From positions 28,520,001-28,584,000 of the forward strand of contig NC_092674.1 in the NCBI RefSeq assembly GCF_964355755.1: a stretch of 64,000 bases of DNA. The letters are read 5' to 3'. Below, one piece after another: positions 26,401-41,400 of the stretch; the stretch's first letter is position 1, and the number at the start of each line of letters is the position of its first letter. The position numbers were made by a program, and so were the translations under genes. Below the pieces are notes generated by a model that had not been told where the DNA came from, made no database searches, and saw only the letters and a list, made by a program, of their open reading frames with translations. This DNA comes from Antedon mediterranea (Eukaryota > Animalia > Echinodermata).

Positions 26401-29400
26401 CCCCAAAGAAATAAAGATGAATAAAAGGCCATTTTGTAGTTTTAATCGAGTAATTCACTTTCGCCAACATAAAACGAGAAAAAAACAATTGCACTTTTTC
26501 TCTTTTCAAATCTATTTTTATAGTTGAGATAATATATTTATATATATATATATTTATTTTATTTAAGCGAATAAACTGCCCGGGACGTTTATTGTTAAGG
26601 GGGTTTTATGTGGGGTGGGACGTTTATTTTTTTGGGTGTAATAAACATGTATAATCAAATAAAAAATACCGCCTAGATTGGAAAAAATATAACACAATTA
26701 ATATTAAGAAGTGATAAAATACATTAAAAATTGTATCAAAATTCTTTGTAAATTGTAGATCATGTCAATCAATGAATTCTACTATAAATAGTTATGTGTT
26801 ATGTGTATAATGCATGTAGCATGGTGTTTATTTGAGGAAATAAATAATTTATTCGAGGGGTGTTTATTGAAAATTATGTTCTATGGGGGAGCCTTTATTC
26901 GCGGGAGGCATTTATTCAAAGCGGGGTGTTTATTCTAATAACGGACCAGTAATGAAAGAAAGTTCCTCACCAACTACTTTACAATACCAAGATTAATTTT
27001 TCTTGGAAGACCCAAATATGTAAATGGGTTGTTATGTATTTGATAGATAATTCTACCTTATGCTACAATTAGTTTGGGATAAATTCTCACTTTGGTCAAG
27101 ATTTCATTTGATGTGCTGAATTATACACGAACACGCTTCTATAAATCATGATTCAGTGCCTTCTCAATTGTGACATACTTAAAACAAATTTGGCACCACC
27201 TTCATAACATCAATTAGACACAAAAACAGGTAACATGAAAATACACTTATGTTTTGATACAATTACAGAAATCGAATAAAAAAAGCAAGAAATGCTGGCG
27301 ATAATATAGCAAGTAGGTCGAGTAATTCAACTTTGGCTCAGTGGGGTGTTCCTCCACTACACCCCCACCTGCCCCAACTATAACAAAACTGAAAATGTTC
27401 CCAATATTATATAATACAGTACAAATTTGAGAGGTATTTAAACTATTTGTATAATGTTCAATCCTTAATATCAGTATCACTGGAGTTCACTTTGGCATTT
27501 ATAGGGAAACATGTTTAGTGAGTAAACAAATAATTCAAGATAAACAACATTTTTTTCATTCATTCAATTATGTTTGAGCCTAATACTTTTATATTATTTC
27601 AATTAAATGGATAAAAGAATTATCTGCCAGTCAAAATATTTTAAAAAACTTCGCCCCTGTCCCTGTTATGTTTCCCCTTTTCTTCTCCCCTCCAAAAAAA
27701 ATTGCAAAAAGATCTGCACTTTCCTTGCTCTTAAAAATTCAAGAAATGCTTTATTTTTATGTTAGAACTGCTTTAATTCAATGTGATTATATATTTTTTT
27801 AATAATTTAAAACCAACTTTTTGTGTTTATTAATCATATTTAATTAGTTTAATTGCAACAAAATAAAAAGAGAAAACGAATATCAACAATATATGTGCAT
27901 AATTTATGCTTAACGACAAATCTTTGATTAAAAAAAACCTCTCTTATCTGTATTTGATGAATCATGTTATGAGCTACTTAAAGTATAACATGCAGATAAT
28001 ATATAACCAGAGGCAGTGTTAGGCACAAGACATCATTTGAAATTGAATATTATGCAAGAGACAATTTACCATTAGGATAACTATTTTATTTTCTCTGTGA
28101 ACTATTAAATAAGAAATAAATACTGTATCCTCTGGTATAATCCGCACCTCTTTAGAACACGAAATTGGGCCAACTGTTGGGGTAGGACTATATTAAAAGG
28201 GAAAGCCCCGGTTCAGAAAAAAATTGATTGGTATAAAGCATTTCTTGTAAAAACTCATCTGAACTGACTAGAGAGAGGCCTACATCCAGACCAAAAGTCA
28301 ATACTGGGACTATAACTGGGATATGATCAGACATAAAGTTAGGGATGGGATTATAACCAAGAATATACAGTAATAAAAAATACAATTTAAAATGATATAC
28401 CACAGTAAATGTCAAAATTATTCTCCTGCAGTAACTGCATTCAGTTTGCTATTTATACATGCAATTATAGCCAGTTTTCTGGGTATACTACACACCGTTT
28501 ATTGCAGTCTGTCTCATAAACTTATGCAGTATAACGTGTATACCTCATTTCAGCAGAAGCAGACATTTATTTTTCATTCCTCAATCAGATTTATAAAAAC
28601 CAACAGGCCAACAATAGATCTTGCAGCCAAATTAAAAACCAGGGCAAAATTTACCAATGTAGACATCCTTGCAATACAACAAGGGGGGTTTCCTACACAC
28701 CATGAAACATCCGCTTTGCTCATAGCCTTTGGTTTGGTTTAGCAGTTAGATTATTGCATATTCATTGGTCTGCATTAATCTTGGGCCCAGTTGTCTTAAA
28801 GAGCAGTTCGTTCATTATATATTGATTATGCCACTGTTACAATTAATTCTATTTTAAGTATTTACACAAAGACTTCAATATGCTAATATACTTTTAAGTA
28901 CTAGAATTCATTACCAAATCTAATTATACCAGCAGAAAATGAGAATACACAGTTTCACAAACAATGTATTTAAATTGCAGAATATTTATAGTTGATAATT
29001 GCTCAACTATTACTATAACCAATGGTCAGCTCCAGAGATCAAAGGGTTTACCTGTGGCTGCGACACGATCAGTTCCACACCCCCTGACAGACACTGTGCG
29101 CTATGGAGAATATGTACATAGTACAGTACTGTTTTGTTGCAGCCAGACATAATACCAATGGACTGTTCCTATCTTAGCCAGACGAGCTCAGTGTCCTGTT
29201 GTTAGATTGCTTTGGTGTAACAGATTATATGCAAACAATTGAATAGAAATGCATTTAGACCTTGCTGTAGCAATCACAAAATCAATTTGTTTTTCCTACG
29301 ACAAACTACACTACCACGTTTTAAATCATATCAGTGATTATTAAGTCCCAAAAACCCCAGCATTGTAATCCATACACGACTATGGTTTGTGATCGAACCA

Positions 29401-32400
29401 GAACTCATTTCTTTGGGTTATGTAATCAGAATCAACCGATTTATTTAGTAATCCATTTTACCTGTTTCAAACTAAAAATAGTTGATACAGAAATTGGAAC
29501 ATTCCAATATGATACACATTTGGACAAAAATTTGGTATTGAAAGATTGAAATCAATAACAATTTAATCCAGTAATGATTAAAATTCAATCCAATTATCTG
29601 ATGATTAATCCCAAGAAGCTTATTTACAGTGATGTAGCCACAAGAAATTTAAAAAAGGGAACAATCTCTGTTCAAGCCATAGGATTGTCAAAGACCGTTG
29701 TGAAAAAAAGGTCAGGTTGAAACCTTACCAACTGTACTGGTGGCTACGGCCCTTATTTGTGATAGTGTTCTTTTTTCATTAATAACTATATACACTTACC
29801 TTAATAATAAGCTCATAACGTGGAATTCGTTGAACAGGTTTTATGATAAGGTCATCAACACTCAGTTTTTCTTTATTCTCTCTCATACGATCCTAAAAAA
29901 GTGTTACATATACAATTTATAATAGATACTAACACCAGTAATTGCAAAACCATATTAAACACTTTTATATAGATATCTTTATAATGCAAAAGTGTCTGCA
30001 TCACAGGGAGATTGTAAATAAGTCTGCAAAGGGCAAAATATACTTTATAAAGTATTTTGTCATCTTGTTTAGTAAATTGTTTAAATGCATTTTTGATATT
30101 ATATCATTAGGTAGCATTCAACAGTAAATACTAATACAAAAGTACAAGATGATCTTTTGGGCTGATGTGGAACCCATAAGACCATATATGGAAAAGTTTG
30201 GAACAAATATGGAAAAGTTACGACCATATATGAAAAAGTTATGACCATAAATGTAAATGTGTATGTTTCTTGCTAGTTTTAACATAAAGCAAGGCACTTT
30301 TTCTTTGCTCTATGGTTATACCAAGTTTACTTACATCAAGAAACTTGTTGAATGCTGGTTTGGCCGATGCTTTTGATATAAGTTCTTTTGCTCGACTAAA
30401 GTTATTGATAAACGAAGTGTAAGTATCCAATAAGCTTTGCTTCGTAAACTGTAAAAAGAAAGAAAGAAGATAATTAGATAATCAATAGATCAAATATAAT
30501 TTCAATTGTTGTTATCGGTTTCAACTTAGATGAATTCTCCCATTGAAATGTTTATTCCGAAATGTATTATGATTATTAATATTGTTATAAAATCAACAAT
30601 CGATAAAAATGAAAAACGATTTTAAAATTTGTCACCCAAGTATGTCATAAACAATATTATATAACACCTAAATAAATTCCTGCCACTTGATTGGACGATT
30701 GTGGATCACATGGCGTGCAATAGTACACACTTATTAAACGATCGTTTAATAGTACTTTTTTTCATGTATGAAAAAAAAACTTTTTGCTTTTGGAATATAT
30801 ATTTTTTATACTATTTCTTTTTGGATATAACACAGTATGCAAGTTTCAGTTGCTGCAGTAACTGTTCAACAATACTGCAGAAACAGACCAATTTTGCCAA
30901 GATCTCTCGGCATACGCCTTGTGTAGCCTACGCCTTTCGTGTGAACTAGGCATTGGGGTTTCGCATCTCCACGCCACATCCTTGAGGTTATTAACGACCG
31001 CTACATACCCCAACTTAACTATGCAGCCTCTGATGTAGATTGGAGAGGCGTTACCATGGAGATGTGACTGAATGTAGGTCACCTTATTTATTTCCTTTAT
31101 TGCAATGATCTCATTAAAAATCTCATAAATGCCAAGTTGGGATTTGCCAATCAGATATGTGATACTTTTCAATGTGTTGCACACAAATATACATAAGCAA
31201 TTTCCTAAGACATTGTTTGGAAGATCTATAATTCCAACTAATTAAAAAAAAAATTAATATTATATTCAAAATGATTTAAACAATGCTATTTTATTACCAT
31301 ATCTGACAGGAGAATAGTCCCCGGTTATTAGACTAAGGGTAACAATTTATGGGGTGGGATTATACACGGACCACATTGAATTTACTAACTACTACTAATT
31401 TTTATCTATTCTGCCCAGTGAGAACCATGCCATTGTTTTAGCTTTCGACACACCAGTTCCATCCAATTTCCCTTATATTCCTGCATTCTCACTCCAGAGG
31501 ACGATAAAGCATATTGATCGAAATGTCGAGAAACTCAACAGTTCTTTTCAGAACTATAATGTGGTTTACTACAAACTTTTTTATCAACATATTGATTTTT
31601 CCATGTAAACCTTCAAAGGACATATTACTACTATTTTACCAAATTTTCTCATTTTTTTGATATAATATCCAAACACTGAGGGTTAAAGTAAATTAATGTA
31701 TTATCATATATCACAGTATATGTGTATTTAATGTATACACTGGGAGGGATACATTAATAATAGTTAGCTTCATAATAAATTGTATCATTAAATTTTTTTT
31801 TCTGCCGGCATTATAAAAATGTCTTAATAACGCTGATAATTCTAATTTATGATGAAGCTAAATATTATTAATTTATATCCTGCATTATATTAATATTAAT
31901 AACGATTACTGAAACTGAACTGTAGAATTAATTTCTCCCGTACTTTGACAAATGCTGACTATACAGATTTCAGAAGATTACTACTATATTATACTCAGAT
32001 ACTCAGGTGGACCTCATATGAAAATGATGATGGGTTTTTTATAAATAATAACTACGGTATGGTAAACTCAAAACTCATCTCTTCAGAGAAGCATAATCAC
32101 ACGCTACTACTTGCACAGATCTTGGAAAACACAGCGCTTTGAAACCTTTGTCTCTTGCGCTTTATAAATGTTATTAGTTATCCGCAACGAAGTTGCAGGA
32201 TAACTCCTTGTGATTGTACGAAATCATCATCATCTTTTTTTTCTTTATCTTCTTTCTTTCTGTAAATTTTGTGTCACCCGTATCTGTAAAACTTGCAAAC
32301 ATAACATTTCGTAACTTTCTCAACATATCTTCATTCATATGAAGTTGTGCAGCGAAGCTTTTCAGGATGTTTACAATTGCGCAACGTGACTTACGCGCGA

Positions 32401-35400
32401 TTTAACGATTTTCTCGTATTTAACATAGGTCAAAAACCAAATAACATTTTAAATTGAAACTTTTCAAAAGTTTAATTTATATCATGCGCTAACTTTCTGT
32501 TGAAAAAAAATTGCGTGTTTTACACAAAGTTACGCGCGCACGCGCATTTAAAATTTCAAAATGCGCAAAATTAATTTATAATCAACTTTCTACGCGTTTC
32601 ATGTCATTTTAAGCATGTCAAAAATTCCCACGCGTGCGCAAATTTTAACGTGTGCGGTGCGCACGTAGCGTGGAAAACATATTTTTTTCGCGTGATTTAT
32701 GTTTTTCCAGCCTTTTCTAGTAATTTTACCAACTTTTAAACAATTTCGACTTAAAGTTACGTCATACGAGCACGTCGAATTGGACAATTTGCGCGCGTTT
32801 TTGATGAAAAAGTTCAAAAATTCGTCAAAATTATGCCTTTTTTTAAACAGTCGTAATTTCTAAACTGCACGGTCAACTTTGAATGACAATGAAAAAATGA
32901 CATTTTCTGGAAGTTGATGAGTTGCAGATATCGGATCATGTATTAATATGGCTAACCGGACATTGTGACGTCATCGTGTGGCCACGCGAATATACAATTT
33001 AGGATTTTTGTATCTTTCTTCATAGCTCATCACATTTAATAGAGCGCTTCTCCACTTATTCGTTTATCATTTTCACCCCGATTTTAATATTGTGTAGGTC
33101 AATCAACTATCTTTCGCATGAATTAACTTTTTTTTAATTTTTGTGACGTCATCATGCCTAAAAATTTAAATTACGTGTGGCATTAATTTCATCTTTACAG
33201 TAAATTTTAATCTGTTATAGCTCGTAAGAATAAAATCTGATAATCACGATTAAAGCGTTTTCTAGAAGCTATTTGATTGCACATAGGAAATCATGTGAAA
33301 ATTTTGCCAATCGGATGTTGTGACGTCATCATATGGCCAGTTAAATAAAAAAAGTCGTATTTTCATCTTTTGCGTCATAATTCATTACATTTAAAAGAGC
33401 GCGCATCAATATTTTACGTATTTTAATTTCTTCTACACATTAATATGTTGTTGCCGAGATAATTTCCTTCCGAAATTGCTACCTTAGTGTTTCATTTTGA
33501 TACCGTCTCCATGTTAAAAATTGAAATAAATGGCGGGTCCCGTAATTTCACCTATTCTACACTGTATATAATATATATACAGATTATACTGTTTGTACTA
33601 TATACTATATGACACAAAATTGACAGAATTCAGCACTAACAACTATTATCATATTCATCAGTTCAGGTCATAATGCCATAATGGTTTTCTGTGTGGAATA
33701 TTCCAACGTATGACGTGCACGTGGCGTTTGTCGTGCGGATAACTAACTCGTCAAAGTGACGAGTTACATGTCTAGTTTATTATTATTATTATTATTATTA
33801 TATGATACACACATCTAAAAAATACCCCTTTTTTATTATTTACAAAAATAGTAGTAATATATTGTTTAAAGGTTTGCATGGCGAAATCAATATTAATGTT
33901 AATATATAAAAGTTTAATTTAATAGCCTTTCTTTTCCATAGCTAATATATGAAAAAAGTAATATATGAAAGATAGTACAGTAGATAATAGTAATACTGGG
34001 CTCTCTGCATGCAGCACCCTTAGCCAGCATCTGTGCCCCATAAATTAGCATTGCATATAAAGGTATTGGCAGTCTTTTCACCATACCATTCCGAAGCTAA
34101 AGCTGTAAAAGCAATTTTTAAGTAGGCCAGACTTATTTCCTCTTTTTGCTGAAGAACTAAAAAGAAGGTGTATCTTATATAATAATAACTTGCACTGATG
34201 AAGAGCTAACTCTGCTAATTTTTCTGGCTGTTTTACTTTTTGGTTATCCGCAACGAAGTTGCAGGATAACCTCTTGTGATTGTACGAAATCATCATCATC
34301 ATCATCATCATCATCAACAACTTTTTATTCTTCTTCTTTCTTTCTGTATGATTTTTGTGTAACGCTTTTCTCTGAAACTTGCAAACATAACATTTTGTTA
34401 ACTATGTTAACATTTTGACATTTATGTAACGTCGTCAAGCGAAGCTTTTCATGATGTTTACAATTGCGCAACGTGACGTACGCGCGATTTAACGATTTTC
34501 TCGTATTTAACATATGTCGAAAACCAAATAACATTTTAAAGTGAAACTTTGCAAAAGTTTAATTTATATCATGCGCTAACTTTCTGTTGAAAAAAAATTG
34601 CGTGTTTTACATAAAGTTACGCGCGCACGCGCATTTAAAATTTCAAAATGCGCGAAATTAATTTATAATCAACTTTCTACGCGTTTCATGTCGTTTTAAG
34701 CATGTCAAAAATTCCCACGCGTGCGCACATTTTTACGTGTGCAGTGCGCACGTAGCATTGAAAACGTATTTTTTTCGCGTGATTTATGTTTTTCCAGCCT
34801 TTTCATGTAATTTTACCAAATTTTTAACAATTTCGACTTAAAGATACGTCATACGAGCACGTCGAATTGGACAATTTGCGCGCGTTTTTTATGAAAAGGT
34901 TAAAAAATTCGTTTAAAATATGCCTTTTTTTAAACAGTCGTAATTTCTAAACTAGACGGTCAACTTTTTGTGGATGGCATATTCTGGAAGTAGATGAGTT
35001 GTAGATATCGGATCAGGTATTAATATGGCTAACCGGACATTGTGACGTCATCGTATGGCCACGCGAATATAAAATTTAGGATTTTTGTATCTTTCGTCAT
35101 AGCTCATCACATTGAATAGAGCGCATCTCCACTTATCCGTTTTCCATTTTCACCCCGATTTTGATATTGTCTAGGTCAATCAACTATCTTTCGCATGAGT
35201 GAAAAATATTTTAATTTTTATGACGTCATCATGCCTAAAAATTGAAATCACGTGTGGCATCAATTTCATCTTTACAGTAAATTTTAATCTGTTATAGCTC
35301 GTAAGAATAAAATGTGATAATCACGATTAAAACTTTTTCTGGAAGCTATTGGATTGTAGATACGAAATTATGTTAAAATGTTGCCAATCGGATGTTGTGA

Positions 35401-38400
35401 CGTCATCATATGGCCAGTTAAATAAAAAAGGTCGTATTTTCATCTTTTGCGTCATAATTCATTACATTTAAAAGAGCGCGCATCAATATTTCACGTATTC
35501 AAATTTCTTCTACACGCTAATACGTTGTTGCTGAGATAATTTCCTTTCGGAATTGCTACCTTCGCGTTTCATTTTAAAACCGTCAACATGTTAAAAATTG
35601 CAATAAATAGCGGGTCCCGTAAGTTCACATATTCTACACTGTATGTGATATGGATACAGATTATACTGTGTATACTATATATGAATTTATATATAGATAA
35701 AATTCAGCAATAACAACATATCATATTCTTCAGTTCAGGTCATAATGCCAACGTGAACACTTCCTTTTGTCCTCAACCTATCCCCTTAATGTTAATGTTG
35801 CACCACTTGCGCGGCGGATAACCAAACTCGTCAAAGTGACGAGTTACATGTCTAGTATCGTTTTGATTTAGTTCTTTGCTTTTATTTGTATCTCCATTGA
35901 GATCCAGCCACTGCTACACACATTTATATAATAGAAAATATAAGGAAAATACAACTTTTTTCTGTTTCTCTAATTAAAGTAATTTCTATATAAGGAAAAT
36001 ATAACTTCAGTAATTTTATTTCTTTTAAATTTTGTAAAATAATATTTTTAAAATGGTGGTAAACAAGGTTTTTTAAAGGCAAAGGCCTAGCAGTCAGTAG
36101 TCGACAAAATTAAAACACAATAATAGCCTGGATTCATAATATAAAGTGCCTAATGTTGTAAAACCTCTATTAGGCACTATACATATTATTATCCGGGACC
36201 GCTTCTTCCTTGGCTGTTTTGAAATTAATATTCCTAAAAATTGAATTATCTATACTGTACACTTTGTCATAAAAGATACCGTTTACATAAAAATAACCAA
36301 TAAACTAGATGTGCATAATTATCATTATTCTAAACTGCTGTCTAATATCACAATACCCTAAATGTATGTATGGGTGTGTCTCGTATTACTCATACAAAGC
36401 CAAGTATGTTTGAATATAAATATTCATATTCCTAATTTCTATAATAATTGCTATCATAGTATGGAATGAAATTTGCTCAACAACTGATGTTGCAATCATA
36501 TAAATATATTATCATATTAATATATTATTACATGCTGGAAGTATACAGTTTATTATATAACAGCATTAAGCGTGGTTCCCACTAGCGACTCAATGTAACG
36601 CAACGCAGCGACGTATCGACACAAAGTGCTGTATTGCGTAATCACAAGTGAGAACCGACGACGCAACAATGCTGCAAATATCGCAGGTTTGATTTCACGC
36701 AGACGGGGCAAACACAGTTATTGGAAGGCCATTTTCTGACGTTGCGTAGATTTGTGTTCTGTTGCGTCGATAGTGAGGAACCAAGCTTTGCAATGAGATA
36801 TACGCCAGATACTCTAAATTGTCTATTAATTAGCAGATTTAATGGTTTATGTACTGTATGTACTATACATTGATGGAGTGTTTGAAACAAAATCATTTAA
36901 CTCTGACACGATTTGAACCAAGCAGTGCCACAACCAAGTAAACCGTAAAAATGTAATTGAGACAGTATTTGTAGAAATGTTTAAATGTTGTTATACTGCT
37001 CCTTTAAATTTTATGATTAAAAAAAATAGATAGCATATCGTAACTGCGATAAAAGAAAATTACTGATCATTTTTTTTAATGAAAATAAAAATTTAACAAT
37101 TTGTAAAGATTGTGTGTGACAAGGTCAGCAGACTACTTTGCCTCGACAAAACTTGATTTAACATAAATACTCCTATGGGACAAGGGATGCATTAGCATTA
37201 ACAATTACTGACAGAATAGTCATACCTTTAGTGTAGATTTGTAAAGCCTACAAAAGCCTTTATTTGTTTAATCATATGTACTGAAATTTATCTAAACCAA
37301 ACATTTCTAAATTAGTAAATCAGTTTAGATTTATTAATTAAAAAACTCTTCCTTCGTTATTATGTAGTCATGACATAAGTCATTTAATTCCTAAGGGACC
37401 ATATCAAAATTATTATACTGCAGTAATTAAATTTTTACTGCAATAATGTATGATGTTGGATTGTTTATGGTGTGTGTGTTTAGGATTACCCACAAAATAC
37501 TTGCTAAATATTAAAAATAATATTTATTAAAACCTAATCCAATGATGCTATGATTAATAAAAACACTAAAATCGTTTTAAAATCGTATTGTCATGATATA
37601 TTGTTGCTCTCAATCTCTCAACCAATAGGATGAAAACTTGTTAGATTTCTTTTGTTTAATATGTACAGTATGAAAAATGCATATTATCTATTTATCTTCG
37701 GTCGTTTCATCCTAGTGTAAATGCAGTAACCACAGTAGAATAATTTGATATGGTCCCTAACAGTATGTTTATTACCTTTAACAACAACATTGTGGGGATT
37801 GATTGGAAATTCCTCTTTTATTACCATTCAACCTATGTGTTCATCCTAAGCCGGGATTCATTTGGAATGAGTTGCTAGTGTGAACAGTCATTAACAAAGT
37901 TTTACCCATACTAAAATACTTGGTCTGTGTGAACAAAGCTTTTTTTTTTTGTATCTCCATTGAGATCCAGCCACTGATACCCACAGCATTGTCAATTTTG
38001 TATCTCCATTAAGATCCAGCCACTGATACCCACAGCATTGTCATTTTGTATCTCCATTGAGATCCAGCCACTGATACCCACAGCATTGTCAATTTTTCAG
38101 TAATTTGCCTTTGGATTTATTAATTATACAGTGTTATTAATTATCTAATGTAAATATTGCAATCTTTTAAAAATTAATTAAAAACTTGTAAAAAATATAT
38201 ATAAATATTAATTTCATACTCATCCAACAGCGAGTACAAACTCCCCCATTACAGAATGAGGTAAACTAAATTAATAGTTTATCGTGCTTATATAAAAACT
38301 AAGTCTCATTTTAAAATACAGTATAACAGTTTAGCCAAAACAGGCTATACAACTAACACTAGCACTAGCGTACATTAACCCATTGTAGACCAGTTTCATG

Positions 38401-41400
38401 CTAAGTTTAAGTATCAATAAAATGTATGAATAAATTAATCGAACAAACTTAATGAGAATCTTGGAAGAATTACAATCAAAAGACAAATTGAATTTCAAGT
38501 CACGATACATCGTTGGTGTTTAAGAGCAAGGCAACGTGTCTTATCAATCAATTATCGGCAGCCAATCAGGATAAATTGTTAGTTTCTCAATTGCCAATAG
38601 TAACGAGATAATTTAATAGGAGGTTGTTCAGGTTTATTGATTCTGAACTAACTGTACTTTTTGTAACATAAAACCAATGAAAAAAGGAAAATTCCGAGAT
38701 GCTGACTAATATTTTTATCAATATCCAATCTTTTTTTTAGTTGACTGAAAAGGGACTGAAGAGAATTAGGGCTTAAATTCACTTACAGTATAAAAACACA
38801 ATCTTAGTACCTGAAAAAGAACTACAGTAGTGGAACATAAAACCATTGAAATGAAAAAAGAAAAATTCCGAGATGCTGACTAATATTTTTATCAATATCC
38901 AATCATACATTTTTTTAGTTGACAGAGGAAAAAGGGACTGAAGAGAAATAGGGCTTAAATTCACTTGTGAAAACACAACCTGAACAGTACCTGAAAAAGA
39001 ACTACAGCAGGTCGCATTTTAGTTCTTTCAGTAAAGGTTTTCAACTTTGACCTATCCAACAACAAGTAATTTGACCAATCATGATGCAATGTATCATCCA
39101 GAACTGTGATTGATCAACTCAGTGTTTATGCCTACGTTATTGTGTTGTATCTAAGTATGAACCAAGCTTTAACTGGCTGACTTAGGCTACATTTCACACT
39201 GTTGAATTCCTACTATTCACCTACTGTATTATCATCTACCGTATTATAAATACTACCAGAGCATACAAATCTCTGGTCTAAAGACACTACCACCACATTT
39301 ATATTATGTGCATTTAAAAATATATAAAAATTTGTGTATTATAATTAGGGCAGTAACATAAAAAAAAACTTACCGAAGATGTAAAAATATCTCCAATCTT
39401 TTGAATTTCATTCCACTCTTTCACACGTGGTTGAAGCTGTCGTAGAAACAGCCGATGGTTATGCAATATTTCTGGAACTTTGTAAAACATGATGTCAACG
39501 ATGCTTGGATCACATATTCCGCTGTTTTCAGGACTTTTCAGCGGTTCATAATAATTCTAAGAAAACAAATGTTTTACTTTTAAAAGATAATAATGAAGTA
39601 TAAGTTTTTTTGGAAAAACCTCACTGTACATAAATGCTACTGTACCTACAAAAATTGTACTGTATGCTCTGGCGTATCATTATTGATAATACTACTTGTA
39701 ACCTTATCAAGATAATGGATTCTTTTGTACAGAGGCACGCAATATCATCATCCGGACATTTTTATTCTTGATCGTTTTACAAGAGTCTTTTGTAATTAAT
39801 ACTACTTGTAACCTTATCAAGATAATGGATTCTTTTGTACAGAGGCACGCAATATCATCATCCGGACATTTTTATTCTTGATCGTTTTACAAGAGTCTTT
39901 TGTAAAACGACTACTTATACAACAACAAAATAACTGTAGATAACAAACGATTCATTTTTTTAAAGAAATTAATTTCTTAACCTTGGTTTAGTAAAGATGT
40001 ATAAACAAGTATTTCATCAAGTACAGAGGCATAGAATATCATCATACGGACATTTCTTTATTGCTGATCGACATTTCATAAAACAAACGATTCCTTTTTA
40101 AGAAATTATTTTTTTCAACCCTGGTTTAGTAAAGATGTATAAACAAGTATTTCATCAAGTACAGAGGCATAGAATATCATCATACGGACATTTCTTTATT
40201 GCTGATCGACATTTCATAAAACAAACGATTCCTTTTTAAGAAATTAATTGTTTCAACCCTGGTTTAGTAAAGATGTATAAACAAGTATTTCATCAAGTAC
40301 AGAGGCATAGAATATCATCATACGGACATTTCTTTAATTGCTGATCGACATTTCATAAAACAAACGATTCCTTTTTAAGAAATAAATTTTTTCAACCCTG
40401 GTTTAGTAAGATGTATAAACAAGTATTTCATCAAGTACAGAGGCATAGAATATCATCATACGGACATTTCTTTAATTGCTGATCGACATTTCATAAAACA
40501 AACGATTCCTTTTTAAGAAATTAATTTTTTCAACCCTGGTTTAGTAAGATGTATAAACAAGTATTTCATCAAGTACCAGATGGAAATTCATTACCGTTCA
40601 AACATATTAATTGAGTATTACTCATACCACAATGGGTGTGGTTAGTTATCATTGCTTTAACAAAGACTCTATTGTATAATTTAATGTCGATTTCTCCTAT
40701 TAATTTCTTTCTTCATACAGTATTCAAATATAGTCGGATATAAAACAAAATAAAGGAGAGAAACAGTGTACAGTATCCGATCATTTTGTAATTAAAAAAA
40801 TTGAAAAATTGATTGACTTTTTATAATTAAAAAATATATTGTCCTGAAAAAAAAATTTTTTTACACATTTTTTTGTTAAATATGCAATTTTTATGTCACA
40901 AAATAGTTATTCACTTTGACCAAAAATTGGATTGGCAACAAAATTATTTACCTGAAAAAACTGTAATTTAAAGGCAAAAAACAGTCAAATTGTCTGACAA
41001 TGGGATTTTGATTAAATTTAAGTTTTATTTTTTTTTTCATTTTTTTTAAATGGAGTTGAATAACTACAAAATGGCCTATTGAAAGTCCGATTTTATAAAT
41101 CTTTATTTTTCATGATTTTGCGGGTCAATACATCTTTAAATTTAGTACATACATTATGTTATTAATCTATATTTCATTTCAATAATTTGTCTGCTTTTTT
41201 GTTCAATTCTAAGAAATTTATTTTCTACAAAACAGCATTACAACGAAGAGTTAACCCTAACATAAAGTCCTATAATAAATAACGCCTTATGCGGATTTCA
41301 GTTGCTTTTTACAGATTATAACTGTAATTTTCATTGAGTTCTCAATGATCTCCCAAGACAAATTACATACTGCTTTTCAACTAAACAGTTTCTTCGTATT

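Noticed and set aside
39256-39672. 12-bp inverted repeat CCAGAGCATACA/TGTATGCTCTGG flanking an ARHGEF17 exon
   Set aside because: Too short and has no TSD; the exon is an ancestral DH-domain exon, so capture by a transposon is implausible.
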